Origin: Flavobacteriaceae bacterium
GTDB lineage: Bacteria > Bacteroidota > Bacteroidia > Flavobacteriales > Flavobacteriaceae
Reading direction: 5' to 3'
Assembly: GCA_047975545.1 (NCBI GenBank)
Contig: JBKEDS010000065.1
Coordinates: forward strand, 1-22,953
DNA length: 22,953 nucleotides
The notes under the pieces: generated by a model
Seen by the model: the letters and a program-made list of their open reading frames with translations, nothing else
The model's database searches: none
What the model was told of the DNA's origin: nothing
Program-made: the position numbers and the translations under genes
Shown: one piece after another, positions 8,362 to 17,142 of the stretch
Position numbering within the stretch: position 1 is the first letter of the stretch
Layout: each line of letters begins with the position of its first letter

Positions 8362-8453
8362 AATGCCCATTATGGGTTTTCATGTGGTTGATTTTCTTTT
8401 TAAAAGAATGCCCTTAATTACATACTGCAAGATTATGGTTTTAAGGACATTCT
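8362..8453. promoter_or_regulatory. Candidate MocR-type operator or divergent promoter region. Direct repeat AATGCCC at 8362-8368 and 8407-8413 (45-bp spacing), palindrome CCCAT-T-ATGGG (8366-8376), and inverted repeat AGAATGCCCTT (8405-8415) / AAGGACATTCT (8443-8453).
   Basis: Repeats read from the 248-bp spacer between the divergent TBDR and MocR genes. MocR-family regulators characteristically bind direct or inverted repeats in such divergent spacers. Confidence 0.3.
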
Positions 8454-8537
8454 AAAATAAATACTAAACAATTATGACTAATCTCGGGGCAAAAATCGTA
8501 ACTTTCCGGATTACTAAAGTAGTCCAGTTTTAAAACA

Positions 8538-10037
8538 ATGAATAGTCCGGTTAACGATTTATTAAAACAATTAATTTCTTTTGAAAAGGGAAGCACCTCG
8601 CCCGTTTATGTACAAGTGGCGCAGCAAATAATAAATGCCATACAGCGTGGGTATTTGGCGGAAGGCGCAGTTATGCCCGGTACCCGAACATTTGGTAAGC
8701 TACTTGCCGTTAACCGCAATACCGCCGTTGCCATTTACGACGAACTGGCCTCGCAGGGATGGCTGGAAATGGTGCCCAATAAAGGTACTTTTGTATTGGT
8801 GCCCGAACAAAAAACGGCCGCCATAAAAGCCACGACAAACCATATAGACCAAGTGCGCAATTACCCAAAAACAACAGGATTTCCGTTTCAAGCCTCGTTT
8901 AATTTGGCAACAACGCAGGAACAAACCCAAAAAAACTACGGTATTAACGATGGGCAGCCCGATTTACGGCTGCACCCAACGCATCAGTTTTCAAGGTGGT
9001 ACAGTGCCTCGATGAAACGGGTGTCATTAAAGGCAAGATGGAATCAAACCGCTTTATCGCCTTCAACATTCGACCTTTATCTATGCAATTATTTAAATGC
9101 CACACGGGGCTTTCATATTAAACCCCAAAACTTAGTAAGCACTCGCAGCACCGAAATGAGCCTTTATGTGGTATCGCAGCTTTTAATCAAGCCCGGTAAC
9201 GTGGTTTTGGTGGCCCATTTAAGCAATTACGCCGCCAATATGATTTTTCAGCAGGCCGGGGCAAATATAAAAACCATTCCCGTAGATAGCCAAGGTATTG
9301 ATGTAAATTATATAAAAACCCATTTTACAAAGCGAAGCATCCGCTGCGTGTACGTTTGCGCCCACAGGCATTACCCCACAACGGTAACCCTTAGTGCCGA
9401 ACGCCGCCTAAAACTTATGCAATTGGCAAAGGAATTTGGGTTTGCCATTATCGAGGATGATTACGATTACGATTTCCAGTATACCGGTTCGGCCATGCTG
9501 CCCATGGCAAGCTCCGATGCCCACGGTATGATTATTTATTTGGGGAAATTGGGGCAATCCCTATTCCCCAGTTTTCAAACAGGCTTTGTAGTAGCGCCCG
9601 AAAACCTTATTGCCGAGGCCAAAAACTATTTGCAAATACTGGACAGGCAAGGCGATTCAATTCAAAAACAAATGCTATCGGAACTTATTGCCGAAGGCGA
9701 AATACACCGCCTTATAAAAAAGAACATTACCGTTTACAAACAACGGTGCAATTGTTTGTGCCAACATCTTGAACATTACTTTGGAAACAAAATAACGTTT
9801 GAAAAACCCTCAGGCGGCTTAGCTTTATGGTTGCAGTTTCAGCCCAAAATTGCTTTGGCAAAGCTTTCCGATGAAACTGGAAAATACGATTTGTTCCTAC
9901 CCAAGACCATTCTGTACCAAGATAAAAATACCTGCGCCATTCGGTTTGGCTTTGGGCATTTAAGCGAAGAAGAAATCGAGGTTGTGGTTAAAATTCTAAA
10001 AAAAAGTTACGATACTTTATTTTCAACAAAAAATTAA
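8538..10037 (+). CDS. MocR-family regulator: GntR-type wHTH fused to a PLP-dependent aminotransferase-fold effector domain, 499 aa.
   Basis: N-terminal GntR HTH (…YVQVAQQIINAIQRGYLAEGAVMPGTRTFGKLLAVNRNTAVAIYDELASQGWLEM…). C-terminal fold-type-I aminotransferase domain with the conserved lysine region (…IIYLGKLGQSLFPSFQTGFVVAP…). Confidence 0.85.
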   Translation: MNSPVNDLLKQLISFEKGSTSPVYVQVAQQIINAIQRGYLAEGAVMPGTRTFGKLLAVNRNTAVAIYDELASQGWLEMVPNKGTFVLVPEQKTAAIKATTNHIDQVRNYPKTTGFPFQASFNLATTQEQTQKNYGINDGQPDLRLHPTHQFSRWYSASMKRVSLKARWNQTALSPSTFDLYLCNYLNATRGFHIKPQNLVSTRSTEMSLYVVSQLLIKPGNVVLVAHLSNYAANMIFQQAGANIKTIPVDSQGIDVNYIKTHFTKRSIRCVYVCAHRHYPTTVTLSAERRLKLMQLAKEFGFAIIEDDYDYDFQYTGSAMLPMASSDAHGMIIYLGKLGQSLFPSFQTGFVVAPENLIAEAKNYLQILDRQGDSIQKQMLSELIAEGEIHRLIKKNITVYKQRCNCLCQHLEHYFGNKITFEKPSGGLALWLQFQPKIALAKLSDETGKYDLFLPKTILYQDKNTCAIRFGFGHLSEEEIEVVVKILKKSYDTLFSTKN

Positions 10038-10174
10038 AATTCCTGCCATTTGCATGAAAATTGCATAAAAACTCCCCTTATTATGAAGGATTTGCAGTAG
10101 TTGGATAAAAAAACATTTTTAATCTTGCGTTATTCAAAATCCACTTTACTAAAGACAAATTAAACACTCTAAAA

Positions 10175-13100
10175 ATGAAAAAAACATTACTATTATGCTT
10201 GTGTCTTTTTATGCTGTTTTCTTGTGAAAACCATTCAGAAAAGGAACTTATTTTTCTAAACAAAAACGCTTACGAGTACCCCGTTTGGGAAGACATGCTG
10301 CAGGATGAAAAAATTAAATTTTCCGATGTTGTATTGGCATTTAAAGCCTATGCCAGCACCCATGATTTGGATCGTGAAACCCTGGACCACTTCAAAAAAA
10401 TAGAACGACGGTTAGAACGAAACTTAGATGCCGACGGTTATTACGTTTCGCAGCAAGACCAATATAAAAACCTATTAGCCTTTAGGCGTGCGTCGCCCAA
10501 TACCGAAGCAACCCAAACCAATTACAGTTTTATGCCCACAGCATATACCGCCGAAGTGCCTAATAGTACAAGTTATGGACAATGGAAAAACCTGGGCCCC
10601 TTTGGCGATCCGGAGGTGCAATGGACCGCAACAGGAAACGGCGCTATACAATATCTGGAAATGCACCCCACCAACCCGGCCATTATGTACGCTTGCTCCA
10701 GGAACGGTGGCTTATGGAAAACCGTAAACTATGGCAAAAATTGGACTCCCGAAACCGATTATTTTGCAACCAACAACACCTCGTGTATCGAAGTTTGCCC
10801 GGCAAATCCGGCCGTACTTTATCTTGGGGCGGCCGAAGACGAAAAAATATGGTACTCCTCAAATTCGGGAGCTACTTGGGAAGATAGAAGCACTGGTATT
10901 ACAGGTGAAGTTTACGATGTACATTCCGACCCGGCCGATGCTACAAGGGCCTTGGTAGCCACTACACAAGGGCTTTTTCTTACCACCAATTCCGGGGCTA
11001 ATTGGACCAAAAAAGTAAATGGCAGTTATACCGACATCGATGCCACCAACAATTGGGATTTGGTTGTTGTATCCAACAACGCCAACGGTTCCGCCCCGGT
11101 TTTGTATTTCACAAAGGACAAAGGCGATAATTTTATAGAAAAAAATATTATAACACATTTAACTACCGTCGATCGGTTTTACATGGCACTGCACAAACCA
11201 ACCTCAGGGGCTACACAAGTATTTGCCTATGGACTTTTAAACGGCAATACGCCAACACGTTTTATAGGTTTATGGAAATCGGATTTCGACCCAAGCCCCG
11301 CAGACGGCACCTCCTATTTTAACTTTACCGAGGTAAAACACCCCACGTACAGCTATCCCAATGGCCCCGTTCCGTTAGAAGAAGCCAGTAATGCCGATGG
11401 GTTTAAAGCCGAAACATCCGATTATTATGGAAGCATAAATCCGTACTCTAGCGCTACTTGGATTAGCGATTTTTACGTAAGCCCCACCAATCCTAATAGA
11501 ATGTTAACCCTTAGGGAAAAATTTTGGGGCAGTGAAGATGGGGGTATTATTTGGGATCAAAAACCAAGTTACGGCCTTAGCAATTGGGCCGATAATAGGT
11601 ATGCGGTTGCCAATATAACAAAAGACACCGTATTTTGGTGTAACGATGGCGGTATTTGGGGCATAAAGGAATCCGATTTGTTCCCTTCGGCAGCCGAGGT
11701 CTCGGCTTCCGGATTATCAAAAACAAATTATATTAACAGCAAAGTGGTTCCTAAAAACGGTGATATTTGTGTTTCCGAAGGTAGCCAAATGGATGTTAGC
11801 CCATTAAACAAAGGTGTTTTTATGACGGGCGGACAGGATATAGGCCAAATTTTTACCCGAAACGGAAGAGATTCGCACGTAGCCTCGGCCGACGTATACA
11901 GGGGCAGGATAAAACCAACCGACGACTCCAAGTTTATTACGGGAAGGTTGGATGTAACTTTAGACGGCAGCACCGATACCTACGCCGTATACAACAACAT
12001 AGAGGCCGATTATTTTAATGCCGACAGAATATACGGTTTTACCAATAAAAACCGAACAACCAATACTAACGATGTACGTTTAGTGCGTTCGCCAGCAGGC
12101 CAAGATGGTTGGTTAATGAATGGTTTTAAAGGTGAAAACCAACCCAATGCGGGCGGGCATTTTTGGGTGCCAACCCACAGTAATTGGGAGGAAGTACCAA
12201 CCGGAATAAGCGATTTAAAACCAGGAACTTTCGAGCAGTCCAGGGTAAAAGCCGAACGGGCATATTTGGGCGACGAAACAGGAAAAAAACTATACTACAC
12301 CGAAAACCTGTCGGCAGTAAGCCCAACATGGACCGAACTTACCAGCGCTCCACCGGCAAGCCGATACCGTATAGCAACGCACCCGCTTAACGAAAAAATA
12401 ATTGCCTTGGCCACAAACTCAGGAGTTTATGTTTCAAAAGACAAGGGCCAAACATGGGGCAAAAGGGGTAATTTCCCTTCAAACAACCCTACCGCTATTG
12501 TAATAGATAAAAACACGTCCGAAGGCCTATATGTTTTAACGCCGCTTACCGTGTATTATATGGATGAAAACCTATCCGAATGGGTCGAGTTTAACAAAGG
12601 GCTTCCCTTACAAAACCTTTCCGATATGCGTATTGCCTATTTTCCCAACAACGATGGTAGGTTGTACGTTTCTAAATACGGAAGAGGCGTTTGGTCCTCC
12701 AGCCTGCAATCGGTTTTAAATGCCAACGGCAACAAACCAAAAGCCGCGTTTTCTATTTTTGGTAACGATTTAAATATTATAAACCCAGGCGAAACCATTA
12801 GGTTAATAGACCAATCGTCCAACGCTACAAATTTGCAATGGACTTTGGAAAACGGTAGCGATATAGTTACTATTTCAAACGAAACAGAACCCGAAGTAGC
12901 ACTGTCTACACAAGGATATTACAAAGTAACCTTAGTGGCCACAAACGCAAATGGTTCCGATACGGCTGTTAAAGAACAATATGTTTTGGTGCAAGGCACA
13001 TCGCAAACCACAGCAGATTGCGTATTAACATCGGATGCAACATTACCTTGGTATAAAGGACTAAAAACCATAAGTTTAAACAACGATGCCTATGCAGTAT

Positions 13101-14770
13101 CTTCCAGAGATAATTACATAGCATCCGGAAAAGTTTTTGAAATATCAGGCAACCAAACCCCATCATTGTATATTGACGATATTTACGATCCGGGATATAA
13201 CTTTTACATAAAAGCATGGATAGATTTTAACGACGATGGCGATTTTGATGATGCCAACGAGGAAATAGCAACTTCAGGAGGGAAAGTAGAAAGTTTTACG
13301 GCTAATTTTACCGTACCAGCATCGGCCGTACTAAGCAAAGGTTTGTTGATGCGGGTAGGTAGTTTAGAAACCGCATCTAGTACGGCACCAACCTCCTGCC
13401 AAACCACGGGAACCAGACAAAACATAGATTTTACGGTAATTATTAGGCCCAACTATACCATTACGGCAGAGCACACATTGCTTTCGGTAAATAGTGCCGA
13501 TTTAAGTGCAACGTTTTCAGGAACGGCAACAGCCACAAGTGCCGGTTTTGTATATGCAAACACAAACGGCAATTTAACGGTAGATAGTGCCGAAGTAGCC
13601 ACCTACGATTCAACATTAGGCAGTAACGGTTCTTATACCGTAACACTATCCAATTTAGATTATAACGGCAAATACTACTACCGCCCTTTTATTCGCAATA
13701 GTAGCGGGATTGTTTATGGCGATGTGCAAAGTTTTCAGTTAGCGCCGTTTGCATTGCCCCAAGCCGAAAGCTTGATAGCCGTTAATCAGGGAAGCGACCA
13801 ATGGACATTAAAAGGTATAGTTATGCCGGAAAACAATACCATAGACCTATTAGAAATAGAATATGGCACAACCAGCCTTAGCAATACTATTAGTTTTACG
13901 CCATCGGCCTACCCTACCAATTCCAATTTTAATATTGAAGACGATATAGGCGTTGTAACGGGAAACACGTATCAATTTAGGGTTAAATTTGTTTCTAACG
14001 GTAAAACCTATTACAGCAATATATTTACTTTCGACACCAACCAAACCCTTTGTACGCCAACGGTACAATCCATGCAATGGTATAAAACCATAAAAAACGT
14101 AACCTTTAACGGCACTAGTAACGACAGTCCTGTTGCCCCAAATAATAGTTCGGCAATACCGTACGAGGATTTTAGCAGTACAGTGTTCGATGTAGAACAA
14201 GGAAGTTCATACCCTATTTCGATTACCGATTCGTACCCAGGATACAATAATTTAAGCTACATTGTGTATATTGATTATAATAACGATGGCGATTTTAGCG
14301 ATTACCATGAAGTAGCAATATCGGGAAAACCCGGTGGCGAAACCTTTACGGGTACCATTACCATACCAACGGCCGATATAGCTTACGCTACTAATTTAAG
14401 AATGCGGGTAATGGCCTATTCCAACAGTGTTACCCCTTGCGAAGTTACTGCTCAAGGCCAAGTTGAGGACTATTCCATAAAAATAGCAATGCCGCCATTA
14501 TCGACAGAAATAGGTGGCTCTAAGTTATCGCATATAACGTTATACCCAAACCCGGCCGTAAGCGATTTGTATGTATACACATCTGAAAATAAACAGGAAA
14601 ATATTGATGTTAAAATATACAACATGGCGGGAGCTTTAATGTATTCGGGAAAACATAACTTTACAGCCCAGCGCTTTAAATTAAACGTAAGCCCGTTAGC
14701 TTCCGGACTATACCTTGTAAAGGTGTCAAGCAAACAGGGTAGCAATACCTTAAAATTTATCAAAGGGTAA
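10175..14770 (+). CDS. Large T9SS-secreted surface protein, 1531 aa. Signal peptide, BNR/Asp-box (GH74/sortilin/Ycf48-like) beta-propeller, PKD domain, two GEVED-type modules separated by Ig/FN3-like domains, and a T9SS type-A C-terminal sorting domain (Por_Secre_tail).
   Basis: Signal peptide MKKTLLLCLCLFMLFSC. Repeated Asp-box motifs (YGKNWTP, SNSGATWED, TNSGANWTK, SEDGGIIWDQ, KDKGQTWGK). PKD-like segment at ~12737-13010 (KAAFSIF…QWTLENGSD…YKVTLVATNANGSD). GEVED-like modules at ~13020-13440 (…WIDFNDDGDFDDANEE…LMRVGS…) and ~14040-14490 (…YIDYNNDGDFSDYHEV…LRMRVMA…CEVTAQGQVEDYSIKIA). The last ~80 aa (14518-14767) match the T9SS C-terminal domain (LSHITLYPNPAVSDLYVY…GLYLVKV…). Confidence 0.85.
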   Translation: MKKTLLLCLCLFMLFSCENHSEKELIFLNKNAYEYPVWEDMLQDEKIKFSDVVLAFKAYASTHDLDRETLDHFKKIERRLERNLDADGYYVSQQDQYKNLLAFRRASPNTEATQTNYSFMPTAYTAEVPNSTSYGQWKNLGPFGDPEVQWTATGNGAIQYLEMHPTNPAIMYACSRNGGLWKTVNYGKNWTPETDYFATNNTSCIEVCPANPAVLYLGAAEDEKIWYSSNSGATWEDRSTGITGEVYDVHSDPADATRALVATTQGLFLTTNSGANWTKKVNGSYTDIDATNNWDLVVVSNNANGSAPVLYFTKDKGDNFIEKNIITHLTTVDRFYMALHKPTSGATQVFAYGLLNGNTPTRFIGLWKSDFDPSPADGTSYFNFTEVKHPTYSYPNGPVPLEEASNADGFKAETSDYYGSINPYSSATWISDFYVSPTNPNRMLTLREKFWGSEDGGIIWDQKPSYGLSNWADNRYAVANITKDTVFWCNDGGIWGIKESDLFPSAAEVSASGLSKTNYINSKVVPKNGDICVSEGSQMDVSPLNKGVFMTGGQDIGQIFTRNGRDSHVASADVYRGRIKPTDDSKFITGRLDVTLDGSTDTYAVYNNIEADYFNADRIYGFTNKNRTTNTNDVRLVRSPAGQDGWLMNGFKGENQPNAGGHFWVPTHSNWEEVPTGISDLKPGTFEQSRVKAERAYLGDETGKKLYYTENLSAVSPTWTELTSAPPASRYRIATHPLNEKIIALATNSGVYVSKDKGQTWGKRGNFPSNNPTAIVIDKNTSEGLYVLTPLTVYYMDENLSEWVEFNKGLPLQNLSDMRIAYFPNNDGRLYVSKYGRGVWSSSLQSVLNANGNKPKAAFSIFGNDLNIINPGETIRLIDQSSNATNLQWTLENGSDIVTISNETEPEVALSTQGYYKVTLVATNANGSDTAVKEQYVLVQGTSQTTADCVLTSDATLPWYKGLKTISLNNDAYAVSSRDNYIASGKVFEISGNQTPSLYIDDIYDPGYNFYIKAWIDFNDDGDFDDANEEIATSGGKVESFTANFTVPASAVLSKGLLMRVGSLETASSTAPTSCQTTGTRQNIDFTVIIRPNYTITAEHTLLSVNSADLSATFSGTATATSAGFVYANTNGNLTVDSAEVATYDSTLGSNGSYTVTLSNLDYNGKYYYRPFIRNSSGIVYGDVQSFQLAPFALPQAESLIAVNQGSDQWTLKGIVMPENNTIDLLEIEYGTTSLSNTISFTPSAYPTNSNFNIEDDIGVVTGNTYQFRVKFVSNGKTYYSNIFTFDTNQTLCTPTVQSMQWYKTIKNVTFNGTSNDSPVAPNNSSAIPYEDFSSTVFDVEQGSSYPISITDSYPGYNNLSYIVYIDYNNDGDFSDYHEVAISGKPGGETFTGTITIPTADIAYATNLRMRVMAYSNSVTPCEVTAQGQVEDYSIKIAMPPLSTEIGGSKLSHITLYPNPAVSDLYVYTSENKQENIDVKIYNMAGALMYSGKHNFTAQRFKLNVSPLASGLYLVKVSSKQGSNTLKFIKG

Positions 14771-14796
14771 GCAAACAATTAAGCAACCTACACACA

Positions 14797-14840
14797 AGGC
14801 CTACAAGGATTTAAACCCCTTGCAGGCCTTAATTTTATTT
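14797..14840 (+). terminator. Rho-independent terminator of the large T9SS gene.
   Basis: Stem AGGCCTACAAGG (14797-14808) / CCTTGCAGGCCT (14818-14829), 11 of 12 positions paired, followed by TAATTTTATTT. Confidence 0.65.
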
Positions 14841-15061
14841 ACAGTTTTCAAAACTTAATTGCAGTATAGATGAAACCGAATAAAATGCCATATGATTTTT
14901 ACCTGTTGTCACGCTGAGCATTTGACATCAAGAGGAGCAAATAAAAATTTGCGGTAAGTAGAAGCGTCTCTTTATTTTATGTCAAAAAATATCTATTTGA
15001 CTATATTTACGGCGCACAAACTAAACCACCATATTTGAAAGTTTGTTTATATTTTACCCCT

Positions 15062-15112
15062 AATTCACGAATGCTGTGCAGAGTATACTTTTGTTAAAAA
15101 TATTCGTGAATT
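15062..15112. promoter_or_regulatory. Perfect 11-bp inverted repeat AATTCACGAAT (15062-15072) / ATTCGTGAATT (15102-15112) bracketing a Bacteroidota-type -7 box TACTTTTG (15086-15093). Candidate operator-within-promoter for the downstream orphan gene.
   Basis: Inverted repeat and TAnnTTTG match read directly. They lie ~60-110 nt upstream of the ATG at 15172. No clear -33 TTTG at the canonical spacing. Confidence 0.4.
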
Positions 15113-15171
15113 TATGACCCAAAAAATTATAGAAACTGAAAGCGCGTAATTTTAACTAACGATTGAAATCA

Positions 15172-15567
15172 ATGAAAAAAGACATAGAAATTCCTAAAGT
15201 TGAAGGCGTTTACATTGCCGTTATTAACGAATACAACCCAACATATAAAACCTCCGATTGGAATGCCTATATTATTAATGATAAACCCGTAGATTTAGAA
15301 ATGGTACTTATTGTTAGCAGTGGGTATTCCGAAGATAAAACAACGGCAACTTTTAGAAAAAAAATAGACCTCCTGCCGCAAAAGAGTTATGCTAAAATAG
15401 AACTGATGCAGGAAGACCTGTTTGCCTTGACCAATAGCTTTAAGGTGTCGTTTTTTGAAGGTAACAAAATGTTCGATAAAAACTATGTGTTCAGGAAAAA
15501 CACCATTAACCCAAAAGCCTTTCAACCTATTCCGTTAATGCAAACTAAGGGTGTTTTGGTAAAGTAA
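15172..15567 (+). CDS. Hypothetical cytoplasmic protein, 132 aa from the ATG at 15172. No family recognised.
   Basis: Intact ORF with no signal peptide or TM segment. The tracked ORF starts at a TTG at 15163; I prefer the in-frame ATG three codons downstream. It is coding-like in composition and flanked by the candidate promoter/operator. Confidence 0.55.
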   Translation: MKKDIEIPKVEGVYIAVINEYNPTYKTSDWNAYIINDKPVDLEMVLIVSSGYSEDKTTATFRKKIDLLPQKSYAKIELMQEDLFALTNSFKVSFFEGNKMFDKNYVFRKNTINPKAFQPIPLMQTKGVLVK

Positions 15568-15709
15568 TATCCTTTTTATTTGGGTGCGGACTGCGTTATG
15601 GCTTATTATACCATTTCTACCTTAAAATACCATATAAAAACATGCTCTTTTCCGTTTATGTTTCAAAATAACTGTATTTTTTTTGAGTCATTTTAAGGCA
15701 GAAATGATA

Positions 15710-16069
15710 TTACAACAAATCCCTTATCTTTTTAGGAAGGCCCTTTACAACCAATTCGTACGAATCGTCAATTAACTTTAATATGAATTTTGGCGGCAGT
15801 TCGTTTTTATAAACCAGTAGCGAATTCCAATGCTTTTTGCTCATGTGCCATGCCGGAACAATGCTTTCGTATGTTTCACGCAATTCCAAGGCGTAGTCGG
15901 GATTGCATTTGGTATATATATGCCCTTCGCCCGCTTCCCACTTGCTTATGGACATTAGAGCAAATATTTTTCCGGCCACTTTAAATACCAAAACATCGTT
16001 GTCGAACGGAAATGCTTCGGTTACGGCTTTCTTTTTTAAACAATATTCGTGAAGTTGGTCTATTTGCAT
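15710..16069 (-). CDS. MmcQ/YjbR-family protein (putative DNA-binding, cytoplasmic), 119 aa.
   Basis: Size and sequence pattern (…AVTEAFPFDNDVLVFKVAGKIFALMS…YTKCNPDYALELRETY…VPAWHMSKKHWNSL…) are typical of the YjbR/MmcQ family. Assigned by recollection, not by search. Confidence 0.7.
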   Translation of the reverse strand: MQIDQLHEYCLKKKAVTEAFPFDNDVLVFKVAGKIFALMSISKWEAGEGHIYTKCNPDYALELRETYESIVPAWHMSKKHWNSLLVYKNELPPKFILKLIDDSYELVVKGLPKKIRDLL

Positions 16070-16101
16070 GGTTTGGCTGTTGGTTTTTGTAAGAAATCCG
16101 C

Positions 16102-16713
16102 TTATTTTTCCAAGACCTTTATTTCTTTAGCCTCGATTTCCAAATCGGAATAATCCAGTTTCCAGCCAATGGTTGCCACGATGCTTTCCATAATTAAAAC
16201 CGACTCCAGGGCTTCCCGTTTGGCAATTTCAAACAAGTTGCTTTCGGGCACCTTGTTTAAAATATGCTGTTTGGCTTCTTTGTTCAGTTCGGTTAAATCG
16301 GACGCCTCAAATTTATTGAACATCCCGTCCTGTTTGTCGTAATAATTCAAGTTGGTTTCGATGCTCAATACTTCGGGTTGCGGAAAATGCCTGAGGATAA
16401 TGGTTTTCCTTGCCGTATCCGACTCTATTTTAACCTTTGCCAAATCGAAGCCCACAAAGGCTTTGGCCTCGATTACCACTAAGGCTTTTTTCTTGCTGCT
16501 TACCAGTTTTAAAAAGCGTTCCTTTACGTCCTCGTAATGGTAAATTTCGGCAAAGGCGCCTTCGACCGTTACCAGTTTGCATACTTTTTTTATTTTTTCA
16601 AGCAGTAAAACCGATTGTGCGTTAACCTTCTTCTTTTTCGAAAAAAAACTTATGCCCCCCGATATTAAAAGGGTTAACAGTACGCTTGCAATAATAATTA
16701 TAATAATATCCAT
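16102..16713 (-). CDS. N-terminally membrane-anchored protein, DUF4230-like, 203 aa.
   Basis: Single N-terminal TM (MDIIIIIIASVLLTLLISGGISFF) then a ~170-aa soluble domain (…LVTVEGAFAEIYHYED…VGFDLAKVKIESD…). It resembles Bacteroidota DUF4230 proteins by memory. It starts 4 bp after the upstream DUF4260-like gene. Confidence 0.65.
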   Translation of the reverse strand: MDIIIIIIASVLLTLLISGGISFFSKKKKVNAQSVLLLEKIKKVCKLVTVEGAFAEIYHYEDVKERFLKLVSSKKKALVVIEAKAFVGFDLAKVKIESDTARKTIILRHFPQPEVLSIETNLNYYDKQDGMFNKFEASDLTELNKEAKQHILNKVPESNLFEIAKREALESVLIMESIVATIGWKLDYSDLEIEAKEIKVLEK

Positions 16714-16717
16714 AAAT

Positions 16718-17071
16718 TTATTCGCTTCCTATCTTGCCAAGATGTGTGTGCCTAAAATTATCAAAATATTTTAAACCGTAGCCCAAAACACGATCCAAAC
16801 TTGCGTGCGAAAACAAAATTACGCCTATTAATTTTAAGGCTTCAACATTAAAATTCATGCCCAAAATGTATACTATTATGGCAATGGCCTTGTGGTGAAA
16901 TATATTATAGGTAACAGCACCTATTTTGGGATTTACCAAATAGCCCAACATACCAATATCGGGCGTAAAGAGTAGTACCCAAAACCACCACCAAGCATAA
17001 TGTAACTGGTTAAACATGAAGAATCCTAATGCAAACATGGCAAATTCCTCTATTTTTAAACTTGTCTTCAT
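16718..17071 (-). CDS. Small integral membrane protein, DUF4260-like, 117 aa.
   Basis: Three to four hydrophobic helices and conserved-looking motifs (…LFTPDIGMLGY…YNIFHHK…HASLDRVLGYGLKY…THLGKIG) that I recall as DUF4260. Confidence 0.65.
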   Translation of the reverse strand: MKTSLKIEEFAMFALGFFMFNQLHYAWWWFWVLLFTPDIGMLGYLVNPKIGAVTYNIFHHKAIAIIVYILGMNFNVEALKLIGVILFSHASLDRVLGYGLKYFDNFRHTHLGKIGSE

Positions 17072-17142
17072 CTGTTAATATTATTGGTTGTTTAAAGGGT
17101 CATGCTTTAATTCTTCTAAGCACGGGCTGGGTGTTTCATGTG

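Noticed and set aside
7889-8455. 188-aa + strand ORF extending from inside the TBDR gene into the TBDR-MocR spacer.
   Set aside because: It is mostly antisense to a well-supported TonB-dependent receptor. Its composition looks like reversed coding sequence, and the intergenic part is better explained as promoter or operator DNA.
8290-8537. Looked for a riboswitch (B12 box GCCACTG, TPP CUGAGA, etc.) in the TBDR 5' leader on the minus strand.
   Set aside because: No conserved riboswitch core motifs are present. Only direct and inverted repeats, which are more consistent with MocR-type protein operators.
14880-14915. 10-codon mini-ORF (ATGCCATATGATTTTTACCTGTTGTCACGCTGA) in the spacer after the T9SS gene.
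   Set aside because: Too short, with no recognisable ribosome-binding context, and it overlaps the putative repeat-like motif. Treated as non-coding.
17072-17142. Possible tRNA or structured RNA in the hemW-DUF4260 spacer (GGGTCATGCTTT…GCACGGGCTGGGTG).
   Set aside because: No cloverleaf can be drawn (no acceptor or T-arm complementarity). Only short 4-5-bp stems.
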